This document shows positions 48,741 through 57,476 of a stretch of 64,000 bases of DNA, piece by piece. Made by a program: the position numbers and the translations under genes. Below the pieces are notes generated by a model. The model was given only the letters and a program-made list of their open reading frames with translations, searched no databases and was not told the origin of the DNA. The DNA lies in the NCBI GenBank assembly GCA_041641295.1, contig JBEPYO010000001.1:352001-416000 (forward strand), written 5' to 3'. The stretch comes from Nitrososphaerota archaeon. Its GTDB lineage: Archaea > Thermoproteota > Nitrososphaeria_A > Caldarchaeales > Calditenuaceae. Position 1 is the stretch's first letter. Each line of letters starts with the position of its first letter.

Positions 48741-49892
48741 ATGCCGACAAACCTCCCCGCCGAGGCTAGGCACAAGCTAGCCGAGTATCAATCGGCTAAG
48801 ACCCTCGAGGAGAAGATCGAGGTATTGAGGCAGGCTCTCTCACTGATACCAGACCATAAGGGAACCGAGAAGCTGAGGAGGCAGTTGAGGAAGCGCCTAG
48901 CCGAGCTGAGGGACGAGCTTGAGGAGAAGAAGGCTGCGAAGACAGGCGGGGTATCTGTCTTCAGCGTGAAGAAGGAGGGCTGGGCTCAGGTCGCCCTGCT
49001 AGGCGTGGCTAACTCGGGTAAATCAAGCCTCTTCAAAGCATTAACAGGGGCACCCTCACCCGTCGCAGACTATCCCCTCACAACACAGAAGCCCTACCCC
49101 GGGATGATGATCTACTCGGGCTGTGAAATACAGGTCGTAGACCTTCCAGCCCTTATGACAGAGGGCTTCGAAGAGACAAACCTAGCATCAAAGAACGTCG
49201 GAATAGCGAGAAACAGTGACCTGCTGGCCATAGTGCTGGATGGCTCCAGAGAACCGATTGCAGAGTTTAACGCCATCGAGTCTCTCTTAGAGGAGTATGG
49301 GATTACTCTGAAGAAGAGGCAGTTTGAAGTAGAGGTTGAAAGGACAGACAGCGGAGGAGTCAGGGTTGTTGTGATGGGCCAGGTTGAGGGTGGACAAGAG
49401 GCTGTCAAGACCCTCGCCCAACAGCTCGGAATAAGGTCAGCCATAATCAAGATCGTGGGGAATGTAACGCTTGACGAGCTTGAAGAGGAGCTGATCAGGA
49501 GGCCCGAGTACAAAAAATGCCTAGTGATCGTGAATAAAGCAGACATAGACGACGCCAAGGCGGATGCGGCAGTCAGAGAGCTAGAAGCCCGCGGATTCAC
49601 TGCGGTCAAAGCCTCAGCAAACTCCGCAGACCTCGAAGACGTGAAGCACAAGATCTTCAAGTCTCTCGACATGATAAGAGTCTACACTAGGAAGGATGGA
49701 GTGGTCTCGGAGAGGCCTATTCTGTTGAAGAGGGGGGCGACCGTCTCTCAGCTCGCGGAGAAGATACATAGGGATTTCTCGGAGGCGTTGAAGTACGCCA
49801 GGGTCTGGGGCCCCTCCGCCAAGGTGCAGGGTGAGAAGGTTGGCAGAGAACACGTCCTCGAGGATGGCGACATAGTAGAGATAAGAGTCTGA
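48741..49892 (+). CDS. DRG/OBG-family GTPase with TGS domain
   Basis: MPTNLP, PDHKGTE, GVANSGKS, DLP, NKAD, YARVWG..LEDGD. Confidence 0.92.
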   Translation: MPTNLPAEARHKLAEYQSAKTLEEKIEVLRQALSLIPDHKGTEKLRRQLRKRLAELRDELEEKKAAKTGGVSVFSVKKEGWAQVALLGVANSGKSSLFKALTGAPSPVADYPLTTQKPYPGMMIYSGCEIQVVDLPALMTEGFEETNLASKNVGIARNSDLLAIVLDGSREPIAEFNAIESLLEEYGITLKKRQFEVEVERTDSGGVRVVVMGQVEGGQEAVKTLAQQLGIRSAIIKIVGNVTLDELEEELIRRPEYKKCLVIVNKADIDDAKADAAVRELEARGFTAVKASANSADLEDVKHKIFKSLDMIRVYTRKDGVVSERPILLKRGATVSQLAEKIHRDFSEALKYARVWGPSAKVQGEKVGREHVLEDGDIVEIRV

Positions 49893-49937
49893 GGATTGGG
49901 TGCGATGGTTAAATAGTCTGTAGAGCCTTGCTGAGTC

Positions 49938-50975
49938 ATGCCAATAGAGTTTAAGCGGTACACTGTTGTGTCGCGGTTTTCACCCCCAGGCGCCGATGGT
50001 GCTGAGAGGGTTCAAGAGATAGAGTTTCGGCGCGACCCGTTGACTGGTAGATGGAGTAGGATCAACATCGAGAGGGCTAGGCGACCCAAGCAGACACCAA
50101 GTGTAGTAACGGCCCTGCGGGAACTGGCTGAGAAGGCGCGTGATACCTGCCCGTTCTGCCCCGAGAGGGTAGAGACCAGTACACCCACCTTCACACTGCT
50201 ACCCTACAGGCGCCTCCACCGAGGCGACTGCTGGGTCTTCCCAAACCTATACCCCTTCTCTAAACACCACGCAGTCACCGTCTTCACCCCGCAACACTAC
50301 AAGCCACTGGGCACGATCACTCCTGAGGAGTTCAAGGCCGGCATAAACGCCTCGATAGAATATCTAAACACCCTTAAGACAATAGATAGGGCCGCATGCT
50401 ATCCAGTACTCGCTTGGAACCACCTGCCACCGGCCGGAGCCAGCATTATTCACCCTCATTTCCAAATCCTAGCCGACGAGAGGCCGCCAAGCATAGTCTC
50501 ACAAGAGATCGAGGCGAGCGAAAAATATGCGGAGAGTGGTGGCTGTTTCTGGGAGGAGCTGCTAGTGTCTGAGGAGGAGAGGGGGGAGAGGTTTGTGAAG
50601 TCGGGCAACTCTGTCTCTTGGATTACCAGTTTTTCGCCAATCGGTAACAGGGAGGTCATGGCGATCTTCAAGGGTAAGTCCTCACTGGATGGTCTAGGCC
50701 CCTATGAGGTGGAGGAGTTTGTAGAGGGGCTAGCATCCCTGCTGAAATATTACTCCGAGTCCGGGTTGGAGAGTCTGAACATGCTCTTCTACTCCGGCCC
50801 ACTGGGAGACGACATAAGCAGATACTTCTACCTACACGCAAGGATAATAGCGAGGCCATCTCCTTCAACACTCTACGTGAACGATGACGGCTTCTTAGAG
50901 AAGCTATGCGCCGAGCCCGTCATAGATATGACGCCAGAAGACCTCGCAAATGCTCTAAAAAGATACATGAAGTAG
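49938..50975 (+). CDS. galT: Galactose-1-phosphate uridylyltransferase
   Basis: RRDPLTG, CPFC, FPNLYP, GASIIHPHFQ. Confidence 0.85.
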   Translation: MPIEFKRYTVVSRFSPPGADGAERVQEIEFRRDPLTGRWSRINIERARRPKQTPSVVTALRELAEKARDTCPFCPERVETSTPTFTLLPYRRLHRGDCWVFPNLYPFSKHHAVTVFTPQHYKPLGTITPEEFKAGINASIEYLNTLKTIDRAACYPVLAWNHLPPAGASIIHPHFQILADERPPSIVSQEIEASEKYAESGGCFWEELLVSEEERGERFVKSGNSVSWITSFSPIGNREVMAIFKGKSSLDGLGPYEVEEFVEGLASLLKYYSESGLESLNMLFYSGPLGDDISRYFYLHARIIARPSPSTLYVNDDGFLEKLCAEPVIDMTPEDLANALKRYMK

Positions 50976-51038
50976 CCATCACTACAAGTAGGAGAGATAG
51001 GAATTTTATTCTCCACCCCATATGGGCTTGGTGAGGGC

Positions 51039-51332
51039 TTGATTACCGTCAAGACAAGGTACTATGCATATCTACGCGAGCTAACAGGCATCCGGGAGGA
51101 GGAGATAGTCCTAAATGATGGAGCGACAGTGGGCACCCTCATTGAACACCTCATCCAGAAATATGGGGACAGGTTCAAGAGCTACATACTTGCCGACAAC
51201 ATGGAGCTGAAGCCGAGCATCGCCATTGCTATTAATGGTGTCAAGGTCTCTGATGAGCCGCTCAAAAGAATACTGAGGGATGGAGACACACTGGTTATCC
51301 TACCCCCAATATCAGGGGGGGTTATCGTCTAA
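51039..51332 (+). CDS. MoaD/ThiS/SAMP ubiquitin-like protein
   Basis: Beta-grasp pattern YAYLRE, ING, LRDGD..ILPPISGG followed by VIV. Confidence 0.88.
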   Translation: MITVKTRYYAYLRELTGIREEEIVLNDGATVGTLIEHLIQKYGDRFKSYILADNMELKPSIAIAINGVKVSDEPLKRILRDGDTLVILPPISGGVIV

Positions 51333-51648
51333 GCCTCCTCAACGCATCCAAGTCCATCGTCCCGTACGTCCTATACACATTTACCACGAGCATGACCCCG
51401 ACCGTTATGACCGCGGCTCCTGCAGCCATGGAGAGGACGACTATTGCTAGGGCGTAGGGGTCTATTCCGCCTGGACTGTTCATCGCAAAGACAACGAAGT
51501 TTAGATGGGCTGCGTTGATCATCAGCTCGACCCCTATCAACTGTTTGATGATGTTCCTCTTGGTGGCGAGGGTGTATATCCCGATTACGAAGATTAGGCC
51601 GGCGAAGATTGTGTAGATTGTTGGGCTAAGGGCCAATCTTCTACTCAC
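51322..51648 (-). CDS. nuoK: NADH-quinone oxidoreductase subunit K
   Basis: KRNIIK..GVELMINAA, YRTYGT, LRRLRR. Confidence 0.85.
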   Translation of the reverse strand: MSRRLALSPTIYTIFAGLIFVIGIYTLATKRNIIKQLIGVELMINAAHLNFVVFAMNSPGGIDPYALAIVVLSMAAGAAVITVGVMLVVNVYRTYGTMDLDALRRLRR

Positions 51649-51901
51649 CCTCCCTCAAGAGTGAGACGAGGCCGACAACTATTGCCAGAAGCATCACTAT
51701 GACCCCTGTTAGTACTGGGAAGAATCCGCCCCATACATAGTCGCTCAAGACTCGGCCGACATCCTCAAGCCCGCCACTTATCACCCTCCGCAGGTTCTCA
51801 CCCCAATACTCGTAGAGCAGGGGCCGCGTAGCTAGGCTTGTCAGGAATAGTGCCGAGAAGAGGGCTGTGGCGAGTATTCCCAACACCTCGTTCAGCCTCA
51901 A
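51641..51901 (-). CDS. Probable NuoJ C-terminal half
   Basis: Two TM helices, VGRVL..Y, LLAIVVG; sits between NuoJ N-half and NuoK. Confidence 0.6.
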   Translation of the reverse strand: MRLNEVLGILATALFSALFLTSLATRPLLYEYWGENLRRVISGGLEDVGRVLSDYVWGGFFPVLTGVIVMLLAIVVGLVSLLREGE

Positions 51902-52152
51902 GTCTCATCCCTCCTAGTTGTTACCATTATCATCAGAAGGAATAGGGCCATCACGCCTCCGGCGTATACTATCATCTGGAGCGCTCCTATGTGGACCGCG
52001 CCCAAAGCCAGGAAGACCAAGCCCACAGTCACGGTGAAGAGGAGCAGCCCGAAGACTGAGCGGGTTAGGCTACGAGTCTCCACAGCAAATGCGGAAAACA
52101 CCACGGCGAGGACCAGTAGAAGCAGCTCGAGACCCTCAATCACCAAGGCCAT
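51898..52152 (-). CDS. nuoJ: NADH-quinone oxidoreductase subunit J, N-terminal half
   Basis: LGA..IGALQMIVYAGGV motif. Confidence 0.8.
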   Translation of the reverse strand: MALVIEGLELLLLVLAVVFSAFAVETRSLTRSVFGLLLFTVTVGLVFLALGAVHIGALQMIVYAGGVMALFLLMIMVTTRRDET

Positions 52153-52209
52153 GAGGAAAATCTTCAAGCCTCTACAAATATGTGTCCCGGCAGCTACCTC
52201 GGATGCAGG

Positions 52210-52563
52210 CTATTTGTTTCTCCGAAACATGCGGGGCAGGGAGGCTGAGAAAAGCAGCCATGCGAGAGCTATCGTGAAGCCGTGGCCCAGCCTAAACTCG
52301 ATACTCCTCGCCGCATCTGTCGCGGGGCCCCACATCCTGTAAGTGACGAAGGCTGCGACCACTGAGGTGTAGGCTGCGATAATTTCTGGGCGTTTATTGA
52401 TGAGGGAGAGTGCGAGGGCCACGGCGAACAGGGCTGTAAATAGGAGGTTGGAGAGGACTAGGGGTGTGAATCCAGCCTCAACTGCCAATCTAGCACCCTG
52501 TACGGCATAGAGGAGCATGTTTGCTACGCTTATAGCAACTAATGCCTTACTTGTCCGCTCCAT
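52210..52563 (-). CDS. Hypothetical four-TM membrane protein
   Basis: Hydrophobic helices; co-oriented between rpl18 and nuoJ. Confidence 0.6.
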   Translation of the reverse strand: MERTSKALVAISVANMLLYAVQGARLAVEAGFTPLVLSNLLFTALFAVALALSLINKRPEIIAAYTSVVAAFVTYRMWGPATDAARSIEFRLGHGFTIALAWLLFSASLPRMFRRNK

Positions 52564-52581
52564 CAGCTCATCTCAGTCGGT

Positions 52582-53163
52582 TCAAGCGGGGCTTCCCTGC
52601 GCTATTTTCTGCTTCACGTCCTCGAAGTGTCGGGGAAGGTTCTCGATATACTCTTGGTCTAGGGCGTGGAATTGGGTTGTGTTTCCCGACTCCTTAACTA
52701 TTTGGAGGTAGTCTACTATGTGCTGGCCCCTCACCCTCTCCTCTGGGGGGAGAACACCCTCGCCCACAGGTATTGACAGCCCAGCGTCCAGCGCACCCTT
52801 GACAGCGGCATAGAGCCTCGAGCCGGGATGGGAGGGGTGTAGTCCCAGGTCTACTATCGCCTCGGAATATCCTTTCTGGAGGGCCAGCTTCCCAGCCATG
52901 AACCCCGCCAGATAGGCTGCCGGTATGGATTTTGTCCCGCCCTTCCAGCCATACCGTCTAAGGGCCCTTGTGGAGACGGTGAGTGCAGTGTAGTCTCCGC
53001 CCTTCCTAGACTCGACTATCTGCACAATCACATACTTGTTTGTCCTCCTCACGACGAGCCTCGGCTTGCCCGACTTCACCAGCTTCAGTCTTTTCCTATA
53101 GTTTGTCTTCCCGTTCAGAGCCCTTCGCGGCGGCCTTCTTTGCAGAATATTTCTAGGCGACAA
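52582..53163 (-). CDS. rpl18: 50S ribosomal protein L18
   Basis: GKTNYRKRL, RLVVRRTN, PAAYLAG, KGALDAGL. Confidence 0.95.
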   Translation of the reverse strand: MSPRNILQRRPPRRALNGKTNYRKRLKLVKSGKPRLVVRRTNKYVIVQIVESRKGGDYTALTVSTRALRRYGWKGGTKSIPAAYLAGFMAGKLALQKGYSEAIVDLGLHPSHPGSRLYAAVKGALDAGLSIPVGEGVLPPEERVRGQHIVDYLQIVKESGNTTQFHALDQEYIENLPRHFEDVKQKIAQGSPA

Positions 53164-53165
53164 TC

Positions 53166-53594
53166 CTATGCACCTGCCAGTAGTAGGCCATTCTCCTTAA
53201 GGTAGTTTTTGAGTTCTGCGACCGATTTGAAGCGGCCGGCTTTAATCTGGAGGTAGACGTGCCGATAGGAGCCCTCCTTAAGCAATTTCGCGGCCTTTAA
53301 TCGTCTCAGGTACTTTCTCTGGGCCCTCACCTTCATCAGCCACCTCTCCTTTCTCGAGAGTATGGAGTATTTCCCTCCCTTCCTCCTGCCCGGCCCCCTC
53401 TTACCGTCCTCCCTCCTCCGCGTATTTCCCCGCTTAGGTGCAGCATAGATAGCGCCCTCTGAAATCAGCTGTCTGATATCGGCCCTCGTTATTGCGTCCT
53501 CTATGTCCTCAAGCCTCTCAGGATCAAACCTAACCCTACTCTCACCGCACTTCAGTATCTCAGCCGCCAGCCTCCGCTGTATTGTCAGGCTCAC
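53166..53594 (-). CDS. rpl19e: 50S ribosomal protein L19e
   Basis: QRRLAAEILKCG, AITRADI, GPGRRKG. Confidence 0.95.
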   Translation of the reverse strand: MSLTIQRRLAAEILKCGESRVRFDPERLEDIEDAITRADIRQLISEGAIYAAPKRGNTRRREDGKRGPGRRKGGKYSILSRKERWLMKVRAQRKYLRRLKAAKLLKEGSYRHVYLQIKAGRFKSVAELKNYLKENGLLLAGA

Positions 53595-54010
53595 TCCGCC
53601 ACACCCCGCGGCGGGTTGAGAACCCTAAGGCCCATAGACGTTGCCTTTTCATAAATTCTGAGCTTGCTCCTCGCGCCCAGGGAGCCCGCAAGTCTAACGG
53701 CGTGAATCTTAGGGTCAAGACCCTCTAACTCTGAGACACTGTGCACCAATACTTCGCGGAAGCCTGATGGATGCAGGCCCCTGTATTTGCGGGGCGACCT
53801 GTAGCCGACTTTCACAAGCGGCGGCCACCCCCTCTTCTGAAGCCTCATCTTACTATCCTTCCCCCGCGGCCTCCTCCACTTCTCCCCAAGACGCTTATAC
53901 CTCCAAGCCTCCTGCCTCACAAACTCAGGCCTCTCTTTCCTCAGCCTGAGTACGGCTCGCGGTATCTTGACGGCCGCCTTCTCCTTAGCCTCCCCGCTTT
54001 CCTCAGACAT
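53591..54010 (-). CDS. rpl32e: 50S ribosomal protein L32e
   Basis: WRRPRGKDSKMR, GYRSP, GLHPSG, LRVLNP. Confidence 0.95.
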   Translation of the reverse strand: MSEESGEAKEKAAVKIPRAVLRLRKERPEFVRQEAWRYKRLGEKWRRPRGKDSKMRLQKRGWPPLVKVGYRSPRKYRGLHPSGFREVLVHSVSELEGLDPKIHAVRLAGSLGARSKLRIYEKATSMGLRVLNPPRGVAE

Positions 54011-54468
54011 CTATTCTTCTCAATCGCCCCGTCTATAAAAACCCGACACGAGGAGGAGCGTGTCCAACAATTAGTGCTTATATGCCCGTTATTGAGCCTG
54101 TCCCCACGCCTTTCCGTGTATTTTGGTGGCTTGCAAAGCCTATGGCCGCCATGTCGTGGCGTTATTCGCTACTGATTTAATGAACCCGGTAAAGCAGTTC
54201 GCCCTCCGTCTCGAATACACCGCCACGTAGGAAGGATTGTCATCCCCTTCGTGCTAAACCCCATTCGGCTCCCTCGCAAGTCTCCTCCACCTCGCCGGAT
54301 TGGGAGATGATTCAGAAAGCCAATAGACAGCAGACAATGAAGAACAGAGAAGATATAGTTGCTGGAAAAGCACTAATACTCGAGAAAACGTCTTAGCTCT
54401 CGGAGAAAGACCTAGTAAAAGTTTTTTTACAGTATGACATACGGACGTTTTCATGCAAAAACTTTTAT

Positions 54469-55818
54469 ATGAAATACAGGAAAGTGATGCCTATGAATAC
54501 AAAATCTGATGCTAAGGATAGCAGATTTGCACTAATCACCACCACGTTAATGGTGGTGGCACTATTGCTAACCACCACAGCGCCGGTTTTAGCACAGGGT
54601 GTATGGGTTAGTAAAGCTTCAATCCCAACATCACGAGAAGGCTACGGCGCCGCAGAAGTTGGGGGTATTTTCTATTATGTTGCCGGATATCAATCTGGCG
54701 AAACGAGGGTTAACGAGGCTTATGATCCAACAACAGACATCTGGACCACCAAGGCACCAATACCAGGTCCGGGCAGGTCTGAAACGGTAGCAGTTTCCGA
54801 TGGACGTTATCTCTATCTTATAGGAGGAAGAATTTTTAGCGCAAATATCGTCTTAAATGAGCTTTTACGTTACGATCCAGCAACTGATACATGGATAAGC
54901 CTAGCCCCCATGCCTACACCTAGGGTAACCGAGCATATGGCTGTCTATTATAACGGAAAAATCTATGTTATCGGCGGGCGATCGAAGGTAGGTCTAGGTT
55001 TTGGGGCTCTTGCAGTCGTCGAAATCTACGATATTGCAACAAACAATTGGAGTGTGGGAAGATCTTTGCCAGAAGCACGCTCAGACGCCGTTGCGATTGA
55101 GCACGACGGCAAAATCTACGTGTTCGGCGGGTTCGATAAGAATAGACAAATAAGAAATACCACCTTCATTTACGACATTGCAACTGACAGCTGGACTGTA
55201 GGGGCTCCCCTCCCTGAGCCTCGGGCCAATCCTGTAGGTGGGAAGTGTGGAAACAGGATTCATGTGATTGGCGGCTTAAATCAAAGTGAGAAATTGACGA
55301 CAACGAACTATGTATATGACCCAGCAGCGAATAGCTGGACAATATCAACCCCTATTCCGAGCCCGACTGCTGAGGTTCAAGGCATATCGTATAGAGGAAA
55401 AATCCATGTCGTAGGTGGAGGAATACAAGGCAGTGGCTCAAATAACGATCGCCATTACGTCTTTTCATGTAATACTATCATACAAGTTGAAATCGACATC
55501 AAGCCCGGTAGCTATCCCAACGCGATTAATCCAAATTCAAGAAGCGTAATCCCAGTGGCCATCCTCACAACGAACACCTTTGACGCATCAGACGTAAATC
55601 CCGGCACAGTTAAGTTCGGACAGATGGGGACTGAGGCATCCCCGATCCGCTGGGCGATGGAGGATGTTGATGGGGATTCGGACTTGGACATGATCCTTCA
55701 CTTCAGGACGCAAGATACGGAGATTACAATGGGGGATACAGAAGCTAAACTAACGGGTAAAACATGGGAGGATATTCCTATCGAAGGGGCTGACAGCATT
55801 ATCACCGTGCCAAGGTAG
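54469..55818 (+). CDS. Secreted Kelch-repeat beta-propeller protein with C-terminal IDIKPG domain
   Basis: Signal peptide, about six Kelch repeats (GG..YD...W), C-terminal IDIKPG..INP and DVDGDSDLD; visibly AT-richer than flanks. Confidence 0.85.
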   Translation: MKYRKVMPMNTKSDAKDSRFALITTTLMVVALLLTTTAPVLAQGVWVSKASIPTSREGYGAAEVGGIFYYVAGYQSGETRVNEAYDPTTDIWTTKAPIPGPGRSETVAVSDGRYLYLIGGRIFSANIVLNELLRYDPATDTWISLAPMPTPRVTEHMAVYYNGKIYVIGGRSKVGLGFGALAVVEIYDIATNNWSVGRSLPEARSDAVAIEHDGKIYVFGGFDKNRQIRNTTFIYDIATDSWTVGAPLPEPRANPVGGKCGNRIHVIGGLNQSEKLTTTNYVYDPAANSWTISTPIPSPTAEVQGISYRGKIHVVGGGIQGSGSNNDRHYVFSCNTIIQVEIDIKPGSYPNAINPNSRSVIPVAILTTNTFDASDVNPGTVKFGQMGTEASPIRWAMEDVDGDSDLDMILHFRTQDTEITMGDTEAKLTGKTWEDIPIEGADSIITVPR

Positions 55819-55931
55819 TCAAGACATACTTTCATTAAATTCAGTCTACGGTAGTTGATCTTGTGCTGCCGTTGATGCCCACCCCACCCGACACGGATAT
55901 AGCCTCCCCAGCCCACCATTCTATCTGGCGG

Positions 55932-57476
55932 TTGCCGAGCATCTGCCTAGCATTCGAGGTACACCAGCCCTACAGGCTAAACACTAGGCTGAGCGGTGAG
56001 GACTTCTCCAAGATCAGGGTTGGAGACCTTCCCGAAGCATTCTTCGACAACACACTCAACAGGGAGGTTTTCCTCCGGGTTGCCAAGAAGTGCTACTTAC
56101 CTGCTAACGAGATTATCCTGAGGTCGATAGAAGAGGCTAAGTCCTGGGGGAGGGAGTTTAAGGTCAACTTTAGCATGTCGGGGGTCTTCTTGGAGCAGGC
56201 TGAGAGGTGGGCGCCTGAGGTCATAGACCAGTTCCGGATGATGGTGGATAGTGGGAGTGTTGAGATACTTGAGCAGACGTATTATCACTCCCTCGCCAGC
56301 CTGTTCGGGGGTGATAGCGACGAGTTCAGGGAGCAGGTGAGGATGCATCGTGAGGCGGCCAAATCCCTTTTCGGATACGAGCCGAGGGTCTTTGAGAATA
56401 CGGAGCTACTCTATAATAACTCTGTGGCTAGGGCTGTCTGGGAGATGGGCTATAAGGGGATCATGATTGAGGGTGTGGAAAGGGTTTTACAGGGACGCTC
56501 GCCTAATCGCCTCTACCTCGCCGCCGGAACAGGGCTCAAGGTCATGACAAGGAACTACAGGCTCTCAGACGACATAGCCTTCAGATTCTCGGAGAGGTCT
56601 TGGCCCGGCTACCCCCTCACCGCAGATAAATACGCTTCTTGGCTAGCCGCCACCCCCGGAGACTACATACTCATCTTCATAGACTATGAGACCTTCGGCG
56701 AGCACCACTGGCCCGAGTCTGGGATACAGGAATTCCTAAGACACCTACCCCGCGAGGTTTTGAAACATGAGAACCTATCCTTCAGCACAGCGTCGGAGGT
56801 CTTGGAGAGGTTTGAGGCCTCAGACGTAATATCGGTGGGGGAGCTCGAGACAATATCTTGGGCCGACGTTGAGAAGAGTACAGATGCTTGGCTCGGCAAC
56901 GACATGCAGATGACATGTTTCAATGCTTTGAAGAGAATGGAGAGGCCTGTTAAGAGTGCTGGGTCTCAGCAATTACTCCGGGCGTGGAGGGCATTGCAGA
57001 TAAGCGACCACCTATACTACATGTACACCAAGCGTGGTCCCTCCGGCGTGGTCCATGCATACTTCGGCTACACAGACCAGATGAACATGTACTATACCAT
57101 GTTGAGGGCTCTCTCACACCTTCAACTCCTAGTCTCTGAGGAGATTGGAGGTTTGGAGGGCGAGGCTGTCAGGCTCCTCAGACCTGTCCCGCCTGACAGG
57201 GCATTCCACTATCACGAAGACGGCAGATACATCGGGCTCTCCGCCCACTCTCTCTACGAGCTCCTACAGACAATCCCTCTGGCGACAAGAGGCTCTATAC
57301 TCTTTCACATGGCCTGCAGACATCTAGAGAGGTGGGTGAGGTGGACAATCGGAGACCAAGTCCTAGCCGATAGGATTAGAGAGGTTGAGGCCGATACGAG
57401 CGAGGAGCTGGTCGAGAAGCTGGTAAGTGTTGTGCAGGAAAGGATTAGGGAGTTGGAGTCCCGCATAAAAAACTAG
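55932..57476 (+). CDS. GH57 alpha-amylase with C-terminal DUF5752-like domain
   Basis: FEVHQP, ENTEL, DYETFGEH, LQISDH, FHYH..HLERWV. Confidence 0.9.
   Translation: MPSICLAFEVHQPYRLNTRLSGEDFSKIRVGDLPEAFFDNTLNREVFLRVAKKCYLPANEIILRSIEEAKSWGREFKVNFSMSGVFLEQAERWAPEVIDQFRMMVDSGSVEILEQTYYHSLASLFGGDSDEFREQVRMHREAAKSLFGYEPRVFENTELLYNNSVARAVWEMGYKGIMIEGVERVLQGRSPNRLYLAAGTGLKVMTRNYRLSDDIAFRFSERSWPGYPLTADKYASWLAATPGDYILIFIDYETFGEHHWPESGIQEFLRHLPREVLKHENLSFSTASEVLERFEASDVISVGELETISWADVEKSTDAWLGNDMQMTCFNALKRMERPVKSAGSQQLLRAWRALQISDHLYYMYTKRGPSGVVHAYFGYTDQMNMYYTMLRALSHLQLLVSEEIGGLEGEAVRLLRPVPPDRAFHYHEDGRYIGLSAHSLYELLQTIPLATRGSILFHMACRHLERWVRWTIGDQVLADRIREVEADTSEELVEKLVSVVQERIRELESRIKN

Noticed and set aside
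54254-54454. 66-aa ORF possibly a TnpB/IS605 remnant
   Set aside because: No RuvC or Zn-finger motifs; not supportable
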